Assembly: GCA_951406725.2 (NCBI GenBank)
Contig: OX597832.1
Coordinates: 49,476,001 to 49,540,000, forward strand
From: Octopus vulgaris
Lineage: Eukaryota
Reading direction: 5' to 3'
DNA length: 64,000 nt
A program made the position numbers and the translations under genes. Shown piece after piece: positions 29,436 through 44,127 of this stretch. A model generated the notes under the pieces. It made no database searches. It saw nothing but the letters and a program-made list of their open reading frames with translations, and was not told the DNA's origin. Position 1 is the first letter of the stretch. Each line of letters opens with the position of its first letter.

Positions 29436-29932
29436 AGGCGCAGGAGTGGCTGTGTGGTAAGTAGCTTGCTTACCAACCACATGGTTCCGGGTTCGGTCCC
29501 AATGCGTCGCACCTTGGGCAAGTAAACTGTATTCTTTTCTTTCTTTATTATCTTTCTTTCATTTGTTTCAGTCATTTGACTGCGGCCATGAGGGAGCACC
29601 GCCTTTAGTCGAGCAGATCGACCCCAGGACTTATTCTTTGTAAGCCTAGTACTTATTCTATCGGTCTCTTTTGCCGAACCGCTAAGTTACCACCATCGTT
29701 TGTCAAGCTATGTTGGGGAGGCCAAACACAGATACACAAACATATACACACATACATATACATATATACGACGGGCTTCTTTTCAGTTTCCGTCTATCAA
29801 ATCCACTCACAAGGCTTTGGCTGGCTCGAGGCTATAGTAGAAGACACTTGCCCAAAGTGCCACGCAGTGGAACTGAACCCGGAACTATGTGGTTGATAAG
29901 CAAGCTACTTACCACACAGCCATTCCTACGAC
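29436..29932. mobile_element. SINE family A: + head fragment (29436-29524) and - full copy (29560-29932)
   Basis: Homology to the family A consensus. Confidence 0.88.
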
Positions 29933-30387
29933 TATATAAAGTAGTTATTCGTACAATATTTCCTGTATAGCTATTAAGATATAATACAGAACACTACATT
30001 CAGTTTTCATAATCATAGTGGAAGACTACACTTACTGTACACTTACAGTACACTTACAATAGTCTACATTACGGCTACATTACACCGAAGGAAAATACAA
30101 TACCTCAAGAACTGACGTATGCCAGTAATTCCTCTACAGCTATTTCATAAAATTGTTTCCAAGAACATCAACAGTCAAATCAACAATGGTGAATACTTCT
30201 GCAACTGCCATCCCTGTTACCACCTACACCACGCCGCCGCCTTCGCCATCACCGTCACCCTGCCCCCGACGAAGATGGCGACACTACCGCTGACGCAGCC
30301 CACGCCCCTGTCGATGCCCTCACCCCACCTCTGGTACAACCCCCGCTGCAGCCACCACCACAGCCATAGTCGCCGCCATTGAGAGTA

Positions 30388-30806
30388 CCTATTTCTTTAG
30401 TACCCACAAGGGGCTAAACACAGAAGGGACAAACAAGGACAGGCAAACAGATTAAGTCGATTATATCGACCCCAGTGCGTAACTGGTACTTAATTTATCG
30501 ACCCCGAAAGGATGAAAGGCAAAGTTGACCTCGGCGGAATTTGAACTCAGAACGTAACGGCAGACGAAATACCTATTTCTTTATTACCCACAAGGGGCTA
30601 AACATAGACGGGACAAACAAGGACAGGCAAACGGATTAAGTCGATTACATCGACCCTAGTGCGTAACTGGTACTTAATTTATCGACCCCCGAAAGGATGA
30701 AAGGCAAAGTCGACCTCGGCGGAATTTGAACTCAGAACGTAACGGCAGACGAAATACTGCTAAGCATTTCGCCCGACGTGCTAACCTTTTCTGCCAGCTC
30801 TCCGCC
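30388..30806 (-). mobile_element. SINE family B tandem dimer with TSD-like ATTG(A/G)GAGTACC
   Basis: A ~183-bp body is repeated twice behind one head. Confidence 0.88.
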
Positions 30807-31254
30807 ATTGGGAGTACCACCACCACCGTCGCCGCCTCCGCTGCTGCCACCGCCTCTACCAGCGCTTTGCTGTCGCTGCTGCTGCTGCTTTTCTGCCTCT
30901 GTTGTAAGCGTTAGGACAGAAGCGAAGAGCGAAAGCAAGGAATTAAAATCTATAATACCAGAAGTGAAACAAAATACACAGCAGAAGCAGGTAACGGTGA
31001 TAAAAAAGATAAACAGTCGACATTGGTCGAATAACAAAACAACAATGTCTGCAACGACGATAACAACAACTACAACAATAGCAATCGTCTTCTCTCTAAC
31101 AATACAAACGCAAACCAACAAACAATAAGACACAACAACAACATCAACAACATCAACAACAATAACCACACACCCGAACAATGCTAGAATGTTTGGCATG
31201 GTGACAGTCAGATGATGTAGCAACACAAACAGATGCTTCGTAAGATTAGAAACA

Positions 31255-32270
<1,016 letters not shown>

Positions 32271-32519
32271 ATAATTACAGTTTTTGTTATTCTTGGAATA
32301 GACTTTTATTTAAGTATGTTCATCCGAATGTATCGTTTTCAAGCGAATATTTCGCTATTGATTGATGTTAAAAGGTCTCCCTTTCACTACTTATTCTTGT
32401 TTATTTTTAGGCTGTTAGAATTATGTCTCTAGAATTAGACATAAAAAAAAATATTTTGTATGAGTGTCAAAACGAAGCGTAAAGTAACGGAAACTGCATG
32501 CCCTGTGAAGGAAGCTTTT

Positions 32520-32990
32520 TTCTTGGGAACCGTCAACCAATATACAAACTCTGTATTGTTTTCGAAAATTTTGGAGCGAAGACGAAGGTCTTGATGATTA
32601 GCAACACGAACCAAGCATTCGGCCTGGGAGCTGTCATCGAGCTTAGAACTCTATATTGTTTACGAAAATCTTTAGTGGAAATGAGAACCTTGAAGAGTAA
32701 AAAGAAATTAAAAGGAGATTAGCGTAAACTGCTTGTAACATGAACCGAGTGTTTGGTGTGGAGATCGTCAACGAACGGACGATCCTGAATTGTTTACGAT
32801 AACTTTGTAGTTAAGATGAAAGCCTCGAAGCGTAAAAATAGTTAAGCGCAGATTAGCGTAAAAAAAGCTTGCAACATGAGCCAAGCAATTGGCCTGGGGA
32901 CCGTCAACAAATATACAACTCTGAATTGGTTCCGAAAATTTCGTAACGGAAACGAAAACCTTGAAGAGTAGAAGGATTGCAGAGAGCAAC
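32520..32990 (+). mobile_element. four degenerate tandem copies of a mariner transposase HTH-coding segment
   Basis: The last unit reads ACNMSQAIGLGTVNKYTTLNWFRKFRNGNENLEE, similar to mariner NINxAFGxGTVNERTVQxWFxKF. Confidence 0.7.
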
Positions 32991-33278
32991 ACATTTGGAG
33001 ACCCTTATTCAAGCACCATGCATAGCATAAAATCCCAAAGAACGTTGAACGAAAATCTATCCACACCTTTCTTCATCCATATAAAGGTGTCAAGGCATGA
33101 AAACAACTTACTTACGATTTTAGTTGAAATCGCTTAAGTTTTTGAATTCAGTTTTCTTTGAAACCTAATCCCAATACTTCCAGGCAAAGGGGCCAAGCTG
33201 TTGACCTTATGATCATTAAGAGTGGTGAGACCCTCTACTCTTTAACTGTTTGGAGGTTTTTTTCTATGTTTCTTTACT

Positions 33279-33329
33279 TAGGAGCAGGTGTGGTTGTGTG
33301 GTAAATTTGCTTCCAAACCATCATCATCA

Positions 33330-33383
<54 letters not shown>

Positions 33384-33716
33384 CCACTGCGTGGCACCTT
33401 GAGCGAGTGTCTTCTATAGCCTTTGACGGTCCTCAGGCCAATTGCTTGGCTCATGTTGCAAGCTTTTTTACGCTAATCTGCGCTTAACTATTTTTACGCT
33501 TCAAGGCTTTCATCTTAACTACAAAGCTATCGTAAACAAATCAGGATTGTCCGTTCGTTGACGATCTCCAGACCAAATACTTGGATTTTGTAGTGGATTT
33601 CGTAGACGGAAACTGAAAGAGGCCTGTCGTAAAAATTTGTGGGTGTGTGTCTGTCTGTTTGTCTGTGCTTGTCTCCACCACCATTTCACATCCACTAACT
33701 TAGCAGTTCGGCAAAA
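33279..33716 (+). mobile_element. SINE family A interrupted by a CAT/TAT repeat and an inverted insertion
   Basis: Head at 33279; it resumes at about 33583 (GTGGATTTCGTAGACGGAAACTG). Confidence 0.75.
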
Positions 33717-33724
33717 TAAAGAAG

Positions 33725-33900
33725 AATTTGTTGATTCTTTTCCTTGGTTTTTGAATTGCACTATAATTCTATGAACTGTAGCAAGAGGAATTTGAAGATT
33801 TCCGGCAATTTTTCGCTGGCTAAGACCAGCCTCAGATTTCCCAACAGTACGAGCACTTTGAAAATCTGACAGCTCGGCTGAATTTTTTGCGCGTGGTATG
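33725..33900 (-). mobile_element. Tc1-like transposase N-terminal HTH remnant
   Basis: ELSDFQSARTVGKSEAGLSQRKIAGNLQIPLATVHRII. Confidence 0.75.
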
Positions 33901-34241
33901 GTTACTCTTCGCAAATGTTTAATATAATGGCACCTGGGATGAAAAAGAATAATTACATTGTAAATTCTACACCGCTGAAAACATATTAAGACGCTTAGAT
34001 CAGAAATTTTGAAAATTAAACGTGTCTATTTACTTCCTGCATGTCAGTATGGAGGAGGAAAATGTCTCACTACACAAGAGTAACAAGTGAGGATTATCTC
34101 CTTTAGCTACCGACTTTCGGCTGTGCCACCATCTTGTGCGAACCAAAATGGTAACAGGAACCTCTCCTGAAATGTAAGCATGGCCCGAAAATCTCCGTGC
34201 CAGAGTTAAAGATGTTCCCTGGTTCGATTGAGTTATTTAGG

Positions 34242-34320
<79 letters not shown>

Positions 34321-34460
34321 CACACACACATGTAGATATGCATGTATGTGCGTACGTATGTATATATGATGGCGAAAATATGGAGAAAAAGTATAAAACT
34401 GGTGTCTTAAAAGATGGAATATCAGACAAGTTGTAATGAATAATAATAATAATAATAATA

Positions 34461-34507
<47 letters not shown>

Positions 34508-34577
34508 GATGATGATGAAGATGATGATGATGATGATGATGATGACGACGACGACGACGATGATGATGATGATGATG

Positions 34578-34617
<40 letters not shown>

Positions 34618-34643
34618 TGATGATGATGATGATGATGGTGAGG

Positions 34644-34705
<62 letters not shown>

Positions 34706-34942
34706 GCTGGAAATTTGCTTTTACGAGATAGCAAATATACTTACAAATATTTAGCTACACACTCATGCATCACTAAACACACACACGCACACATACACAC
34801 ACACACACACACTCCACCCACTTTACGAATGGAATATGGATACCTGCAAAGTATACTTAAAGTTATTCTTAAAAGTATACAACCATATTCTAGGACAGAC
34901 AGTTAATTGTATCAATGAATGAATAACCAATATATCGATAAA

Positions 34943-35028
<86 letters not shown>

Positions 35029-35206
35029 CCTGAAATAAGTGCACCTGCATACTTACATTCAATTAAGGCCGTATGCTTTTACTTATGTATATATACACAC
35101 ATATAACATTATATATATATACATACATACATACATACATACATACATACATACATACATACATGTATAATTGTAAGTGTATAGGTGCACACACTCAAGC
35201 ATATAC

Positions 35207-35365
35207 ATAGGAGAGGCTGTGTGGTAAGAAGCTTCTTTCCTAATCGGATGGTTCCGAGTTCAGTCCCCCGGCGTGGCAACTTGGGCAGGTGTCTTCTACT
35301 ATAGTCTTCGGCCAACCAAAGCCTTGTGAATGGATTTGGTATACGGAAACTGAATCTAACTCGTC

Positions 35366-35417
<52 letters not shown>

Positions 35418-35830
35418 TCTTTTACTCTTTACTCTTTTACTTGTTTCAGTCATTTGACTGCGGTCATGCTGGAGCACCGTCTTTAGTCGAGCAAATCGAC
35501 CCCAGGACTTATTCTTTGTAAGCCCAGTACTTATTCTATCGGTCTCTTTTGCTGAACCGCTAAGTGACGGGGACGTAAACACACCAGCATCGGTTGTCAA
35601 GCAATGCTAGGGGGACAAACACAGACACACAAACATATACACACACACTTATATATATATACATATATACGACGGTCTTCTTTCAGTTTCCGTCTACCAA
35701 ATCCACTCACAAGGCATTGGTCGGCCCGGGGCTATAGCAGAAGATACTTGCCCAAGATGCCACGCAGTGGGACTGAACCCGGAACCATGTGGTTGGTTAG
35801 CAAGCTACGTACCACACAGCCACTCCTGCG

Positions 35831-35833
<3 letters not shown>
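35207..35833. mobile_element. SINE family A: + 5' half (35207-35368) and - full copy (35416-35833)
   Basis: Homology to family A. Confidence 0.9.
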
Positions 35834-35874
<41 letters not shown>

Positions 35875-35876
<2 letters not shown>

Positions 35877-36130
35877 AATTTTTTGCGTAATAAGATAAAA
35901 AAAAACCAAGGCTGTGTAGATATTAGAGCATTTATAGATAGGTCTTACAGCTGTTTCCAGGATATTTATAAATTAAACCCCTCATCGGAGACGGTGTGAG
36001 AGGATGGTATCAACGACAGGTCACAAGAGGACAAAAATAGACAGCAGTTTCTGCCTTAATTGGGCGTCATCAGGTCTGCAAATGAACGACACTGTCTTTC
36101 GCAGACGAAACATATCGATATGTACAAAAA
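35875..36130 (-). mobile_element. PLE-like pLTR fragment with two HHR motifs (35942-35992 CCGATGA core; 36038-36079 degenerate)
   Basis: Inverse copy of 41395-41545. The second motif reads CTGATGA cGCC..GGCa GAAAC. Confidence 0.7.
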
Positions 36131-36294
36131 TAGTAAAGCGCATTTACCACCTATATAATTGTTTTTAATAAATAAAGCTAAGCTGAAATAAATAATTAAT
36201 CCTGCATGTTATTAAATATACCCTCATTTTTGTGACACTCCAGCGATTAAGCCACTTCATGACATAATAATGACAATAATAATAGTAATAAAAG

Positions 36295-36573
36295 TAAGAG
36301 GAAGAAGAAGAAGAAGAAGAAGAAGAAGAAGAAGAAGAAGAAGGAGGAGGAGGAGGAGGAGGAGGAGGTGGAGAAGGAGAAGAAGAAGAAGAAGAAGAAG
36401 AAGAAGAAGAAGAAGAAGAAGAAGAAGAAGAAGAAGAAGAAGAAGAAGAAGAAGAAGAAGATTTTTTGTAGCACTCCGTCGGTTACGACGATGTGCGTTC
36501 CAGCTGATCCGATCAACGGAACAGCCTGCTTGTGAAATTAATAATAATAATAGTAATAATAATAATGATGATG

Positions 36574-36645
<72 letters not shown>

Positions 36646-36804
36646 GTAATAATAATGATAATAATAATAATGATGATAATAATAATAATAATGATGACGA
36701 CAACAATAACAATAATAATAATAATAATAATAATAGCGATGCTGACATTATTATTATGATGATGATGATAACGACGACCACGACCTCAACGACAGTTCCT
36801 AACA

Positions 36805-36855
<51 letters not shown>

Positions 36856-36869
36856 CATCATCATCATCA

Positions 36870-36930
<61 letters not shown>

Positions 36931-37005
36931 CATCATCATCATTATTATTATTATTATTATCATTATTATTATTATTATTATCATTATTATCATTATTATT
37001 ATTAT

Positions 37006-37049
<44 letters not shown>

Positions 37050-37080
37050 TATTACTATTGTTGTTGTTGTTGTTGTTAAT
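36295..37080. repeat. (GAA)n/(AAT)n/(ATT)n/(CAT)n compound repeat
   Basis: Directly visible; it includes a SINE-C tail fragment at 36467-36540. Confidence 0.92.
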
Positions 37081-37401
37081 TATAGCTATTGTAGTCATTG
37101 TTTGTTATTGTTGTAGCTGTTGTCCTTATTATTGTCGTCGCTCCTGTTTCTGCTGTTGTCGCTGCCTTTATTGTTACAGTTATTCTTATTCTTAAACGAT
37201 CCAGTTATTGCAGCCATTTTTAACGCTGTTTTTTTTTTTTGTGTGTTATTGTTGCATTCTTCTACTGGAAGGAATTCGCGAAATTCCTTCATCGCGGTAT
37301 TCTTTACTTTCGTTACATGTCTTAGCCTCTTTGTTTCTTCTTCATTACAGAAGTTCGGTGTCGACTTACACTGATGGGGACCGTTTTTAGCTCTCAGCGT
37401 A

Positions 37402-37463
<62 letters not shown>

Positions 37464-37470
37464 TATATAC

Positions 37471-37546
<76 letters not shown>

Positions 37547-37948
37547 GTATATATATATCAAAGAAGAACGAAAGCGTTAGCGGTATGGGTGTAAGGGGTA
37601 GGGCAAAGGATTGGCGGCTGTGGTGTAATAATGGTGGGGGCAGAGACACGAAAACGGAAGATGACAAATACAGTTGTACACCTTTCTGTCTCTCTACCGC
37701 ATCCCATCTCCCTATAAATATTTCCACTGTGTGTGTATGTATGTATGTATGTAGGTATGTAGGTATGTATGTATTTATGAATATGTATGTATGTATGTAT
37801 TTATGTATGTATGTATGTATGTATGTATTTATGTATGTATGTATGTATGTATTTATGAATATGTATGTATGTAGGTATGTATGTATGTATGTATGTATGT
37901 ATGTATGTATGTATGTATGTATGTGTGTATGTATGTATGTATTTATGA

Positions 37949-37979
<31 letters not shown>

Positions 37980-38094
37980 TGTATGTATGTGTGTATGTAT
38001 GTATGTATTTATGAATATGTATGTATGTATGTATGTATTTATGTATGTATGTATGTATGTATTTATGAATATGTATGTATGTATGTATTTATGA

Positions 38095-38125
<31 letters not shown>

Positions 38126-38259
38126 GGTATGTATGTATGTATGTATGTATGTATGTATGTATGTATGTATGTAGGTATGTAGGTATGTATGTATGTATGT
38201 ATTTATGAATATGTATGTATGTATGTATGTATGTAGGTATGTATGTATGTATTTGTGTA

Positions 38260-38422
38260 TAGGCGCAGGAGTGGCTGTGTGGTAAGTAGCTTGCATACCA
38301 ACCACATGGCTCTGGGTTCAGTCCCACTGCGTGGCACCTTGGGCAACTGTCTTCTACTATAGCCCCGGGCCGACTAAAAAGTTGTGAGTGGATTTGGTAG
38401 GCGGAAACCGAAAGAAGCCCGT

Positions 38423-38469
<47 letters not shown>

Positions 38470-38750
38470 CTGTGTCTGTGTCTCTGTGTGTGTGTGTGTG
38501 TGTGTATGTGTCTGTGTGCGTGTGTGTGTGTGTGTGTGTTTGTGTGTGTGTGTTTGTGCCCTCAGCATCACTTGACAACCGATGCTGGTGTGTTTACGTC
38601 CCCGTAATTTAGCGGTTCGGCAAGAGAGACCAATATAATAAGTACTAGGCTTACAAAGAATAAGTCCTGGGGTTGATTTGCTCGACAAAAAGGCGGTGCT
38701 CCAGCATGGCAGCAGTCAAATGACTGAAACAAGTAAAAGAATAAAAGAAT
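38260..38750 (+). mobile_element. SINE family A, full length
   Basis: Head-to-tail match to the consensus. Confidence 0.92.
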
Positions 38751-39246
38751 ATGTATGTATATGTGTGTAAGTGCGTGCGTGTGTGTGTGTGCGTATGTGA
38801 TCTCTTTCATTGATTCTTGTACGATCATTCTGGAGCAGCAGCTTCATCTTTAAATTTCTTTTCTCCACTTTGAATTTTGCTTTAACCTTCACCTTTAACC
38901 TTTAACCTCACATTAACGCAGGCAACTTTTTAATTTAATTTAATTTAATTCATTGTAATTTAGCTAATTATCCGAAATCGTTTAATGTTTAAATTTTATT
39001 TTCAACTTTTTGCCTTTCCGTTCTTTTCTTGTTGTTGTTGTTGTTTTTTTCCTCTGCAAACACTAATTAATATTTTATTTCATATTTTAATTTTAATGGT
39101 TCTCACCAAAAAAGAGCAATTAAGCTTAATTTTTAGTTTTAGAGCTATTAAAGCGCAAAATAGCTACCCGGTTCTTTAGGTCAGACGACGTTGTCCTCTA
39201 CCCCTAACTTTGTGATTGTATCTCTTATCTTTTATTTTTCCCAGTC

Positions 39247-39297
<51 letters not shown>

Positions 39298-39300
<3 letters not shown>

Positions 39301-39529
39301 TTTTATTCTTTTATTCTTTTACTTGTTTCAGTCATTTGACTGCGACCATGCTGGAGCACCGCCTTTAGTCGAGCAAATCGACCCCGGGACTTATTGTTTG
39401 TAAGCCTAGTACTTATTCTATCGGTCTCTTTTGCCGAACCGCTAAGTAACGGGGACATAAAACACACCAGCATCGGTTGTCAAGCAATGGTAGGGGGACA
39501 AACACAGACACACAAACACAGACACACAA

Positions 39530-39571
<42 letters not shown>

Positions 39572-39734
39572 GACGGCTTCTTTCAGTTTCCGTCTACCAA
39601 ATCCACTCACAAGGATTTGGTCGACCCGAGGCTATAGTAGAAGACACTTGCCCAAGGTGCCACGCAGTGGGACTGAACCCGGAACCATGTGGTTGGTAAG
39701 CAAGCTACTTACCACACAGCCACTCCTGCGCCTA
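39298..39734 (-). mobile_element. SINE family A, full length
   Basis: Head-to-tail match to the consensus. Confidence 0.92.
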
Positions 39735-40026
39735 TGTTGAATTCAGATTTTTTTTCATTGAAATTGAAAGAATTCATAATTTTTCTTTTTTTCCACTGGG
39801 AATATCTTCCTTCCCTTCCATTCCTCTCGTATTCTTCCTTAGAATTTCCAGACATACGAATATAATTTTACATTTTACCATTTTTTTCTTCTCTTATTTA
39901 ATTTCATTTTGCATGGTATCAAATAGGAAATTAACTCATCGCTTCTGCACCACATTCTTCGGCAAGTTCTTTTATGAGATTTACTACAAAGTTTCCTGTG
40001 ACACGTGTTAACTTTCTCTTCAAAAC

Positions 40027-40201
40027 TGTGTGGTAAGTAGCTTGCTCACAAACCACATGGTTCCGGGTTCAGTCCCACTGTGTGGTACCTTGGGCAAGTG
40101 TCTTCTACTATAGCCTCGGACCGACCAAAGCCTTGTGAGTGGATTTGGTAGACGGAAACTGAAAAAATCCCATCGTATATGTGTATGTGTGTGTGTGTGT
40201 G

Positions 40202-40250
<49 letters not shown>

Positions 40251-40470
40251 CTGTGTCTGTGTCTGTGTCTGAGTTTGTCCCCCCAACATCGCTTGACAAT
40301 CGATGCTGGTGTGTTTACGTCCCCGTAACTTAGCGGTTCGGCAAAAGAGACCGATAGAATAAGTACAAGGCTTACAAAGAATAAGCCTTGGGGTCGATTT
40401 GCTCGACTAAAGGCAGTGCTCCAGCATGGCCACAGTCAAATGACTGAAACAAGTAAAAGAGTAAAAGAGG
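40027..40470 (+). mobile_element. SINE family A, near full length
   Basis: Match to the consensus, with GAGTAAAA tail. Confidence 0.92.
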
Positions 40471-41237
40471 AAAGACGGCACTTGTAACTTCTTTTATCTT
40501 TTACTAACGATATTCCTTGACCCTTCAACAACGGAACTGCGGACTGCTATTATCTTTCACAAAGGGCTTCCTTAATTCTCCGATCATGGAAGTGCTAACC
40601 ACTATTATCTTTCACTGAATTATGTTCTTTAATTCTTCGATGAACTGATAACTACTAATATCTTCCACCATGTTATTTCTTCAAAACTATGCATACTTCC
40701 AATATTTCGTTTATTTTCTTACTTATCGTAATTGACATGCTTTTATTTAGTGTGATTAACGTATCGTGCTGGCAGAATTATCAACATGTCGGACAAAACA
40801 CTTGGAGACATTTCTTCCGGTTCTTTAGATTCTGAGTTCAAATCCCGCCGGAACCAAGGTTGACTTTTATCTTTTCATCGTGGTCAATAAGTACTTGGGT
40901 CGATGTCAACGACTTATCTCTCTTCACTTCAAAGTTGTTGACCGGCTTTGAAACCTGCAACGGGGAATGTTGTTTTCTTGGTCACTGTTGTTTTCTTGGT
41001 CACGGATGGAAGCCGCGTTATCAGCTTCAAGAGTCCTAGGGCTCTTGAAACCGTTTTATCGGCTTCAAGAGTCCTAGGGTTCTCGAATAATTTTAATAAA
41101 TACTGACTCTGAAATTTAACATTAATACGATCTGAAATGGTTCCTGTTTCTGAGATATGTTACATAAATGTCACCTATCTATCCATCCAGAGACAAGATA
41201 GATAGATAGATAAATAGATAGATAGATAGATAGATAT

Positions 41238-41310
<73 letters not shown>

Positions 41311-41433
41311 CAGGTAAACATACATACATGCATATATGCATGCATACATAAGTACCAATTGATTTGTTTTATTTGTTTCTGCTTTTTTGTATTTGCCTCT
41401 TGTGACCTGTCGTTGATACCATCCTCTCACACC

Positions 41434-41483
41434 GTCTCCGATGAGGGGTTTAATTTATAAATATCCTGAAACAGCTGTAAGAC
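41434..41483 (+). ncRNA. minimal type I hammerhead motif, U4C core
   Basis: gtct CCGATGA ggggt..atcct GAAAC AGCT GTA agac, with palindromic stem III ACAGCTGT. Confidence 0.6.
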
Positions 41484-41558
41484 CTATCTATAAATGTTCT
41501 ATCTACACAGCATTGTTTTTTTATCTTATTACGCAAAAATTCTTATATATATATATAT

Positions 41559-41598
<40 letters not shown>

Positions 41599-41697
41599 TC
41601 AAAACTTTCCCCAGTTAATGTCTATACTATCAAGGAGGCATACATACATACATACATACATACATACATACATACATACATACATACATACATGGAC

Positions 41698-41792
<95 letters not shown>

Positions 41793-42033
41793 CAGGTAAA
41801 CATACATACATGCATATATGCATGCATACATAAGTACCAATTGATTTGTTTTATTTGTTTCTGTTTTTTTGTATTTTTGTGGGGATGTTGTTGTTCTTGC
41901 TTTTTTCTTTTAGTTCTTGTTTTTTAGATGAAGGCGCCTCTTGTAATACAATCTATTTGTTGTAATTCTCGTTGCCATATTGTGGAACCAAACTGAAACT
42001 AAAACAAGCTAATTAACACCATTCTCTTATGTA

Positions 42034-42075
<42 letters not shown>

Positions 42076-42227
42076 CAAAATGTGTGTATGCATTGTGTAT
42101 GTATATATATTCTCTTATATCTATATGTTTATATATACTTATATGCATATATATATGTATACATACATATATACATATATATATGTATACATATATGTAT
42201 ATACATATATATATACATATATATACG

Positions 42228-42258
<31 letters not shown>

Positions 42259-42325
42259 TATATATATATGTACGCATATATGTATGCATGTATTTATGTA
42301 TATAAATATACGTACCTATATGAAG

Positions 42326-42381
<56 letters not shown>

Positions 42382-42426
42382 ATATACATGTATATATACA
42401 TGTATATATACATGTATATATACATG

Positions 42427-42479
<53 letters not shown>

Positions 42480-42959
42480 CGAGAGAGAGAGAGAGAAAGG
42501 GACAGAGAGAAACAGTGGGAGGGAAGGAATGGGGTATTCTACCAGCGATAATGGATAAATCAACGTAGAAAACGAGGTTTGCAATAATTAACCGAGTCTC
42601 GAACTTGATCACTAGAAATAATGCTCACAGTTATTTCTTCAGAAAATTTTGTTTGTTTTATGTTTGTATTATTATTTTTATTTTTTGTCGGAATGTGGCC
42701 ATACTGGGGCACATCGTTGAAAACGTTTGTCGTTGTTGTTGTTGTTGTTGTTCATGTTCATGTTCTTGTTCTTTATTGCTTTTATGTATCATATTATCCA
42801 CCCGTATTTGTTCTCTGATAATTTTGTTGTGCTTATATATCGAACGGGAAATGTTATCTCTTCCGACGAAGGGACGAAACTCGACACGACATCACACGTA
42901 CACACACATACATGCATACATACACACACAGCTTCAAGTCTCTATATATATATATATAT

Positions 42960-43267
42960 GTGGAGGCGCAATGGCCCAGTGGTTAGGGCAGTAGAGTCGT
43001 GGTTGTAGGATCGCGGTTTCGATTCCCAGACCGGGCGTAGTGAATGCTTATTGAGCGAAAACACCTAAAGCTCCACGAGGCTCCGGCAGGGGGTGGTGGT
43101 GATCCCTGCTGTACTCTTTCGCCACAACTTTCTCTCACTCTTTCTTCTCTTGGCCTGCTCGCTTAGCCAGCGGGGTGGCGTCATTTGAAGGCTAAAACAA
43201 TGCGAAGCGCATTGTGACCAGCGATGTGTAGCAACATCTGATAGCATGGTCAGTCACGGTGATCACG

Positions 43268-43272
<5 letters not shown>
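42960..43272 (+). mobile_element. SINE family C with a third tail type
   Basis: Same head and body; tail ends ...GTCACGGTGATCACGGTGATATA. Confidence 0.88.
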
Positions 43273-43299
<27 letters not shown>

Positions 43300-43635
43300 C
43301 GTATACAAGAATGCGTGTGCGTGGGTCAAAAAACTAATGCCATAAAAAAACAAGCGTTACGTAATCACCTTCATTAGCTTACGGCTATATCTGCTATAAA
43401 AAGTAGACTCGTAGCTGAGTTTTTGTGCAACATCTTATAGCTTCTTTGGAATGATTAAAACAAAAAAGTTTCTCATAGGAGAAACAGTTGTAAACCTACG
43501 AAAGAGATGCGTAACTTGTGTTCTTTGTCATTTATTAATTGTTATTACGCTCTGAATGCAATGTGACGCTTCAATCTAAAGCAAAAGAATATTCACTTCT
43601 TACTACTGGTTAAACGAATGTCTAAATGAATCGTG

Positions 43636-43674
<39 letters not shown>

Positions 43675-43939
43675 CTCAGATACAAACACAAACACACACA
43701 CACACATACACACATGTTCTCTCTCTCACTTTCTCCTCATCCATCTCATCCTCTTGTACTGTCTTATATTCCTCCCCACCACTACGAAACTCTATAAAAT
43801 GATTAAAATTCCCCACACAGGAACTAGAATGGGAGAAAGCGCTAATGATCTAAGTGATATGATATATATATAAAAAATGTAATATATAAATAAATATCTC
43901 TTTAATATAAACCATCCGATCTTCTGATTACCTCATTTC

Positions 43940-43981
<42 letters not shown>

Positions 43982-43997
43982 TATGTATATACACACA

Positions 43998-44057
<60 letters not shown>

Positions 44058-44127
44058 CATACATAAATATAAATATATATATATATATTCGTGTATATAT
44101 CGTCTGTTCTGTGTATATATATATATA

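Noticed and set aside
30119-30382. GC-rich Pro/Thr/His ORF
   Set aside because: It is a decayed ACC/GCC triplet repeat that continues beyond the SINE insertion.
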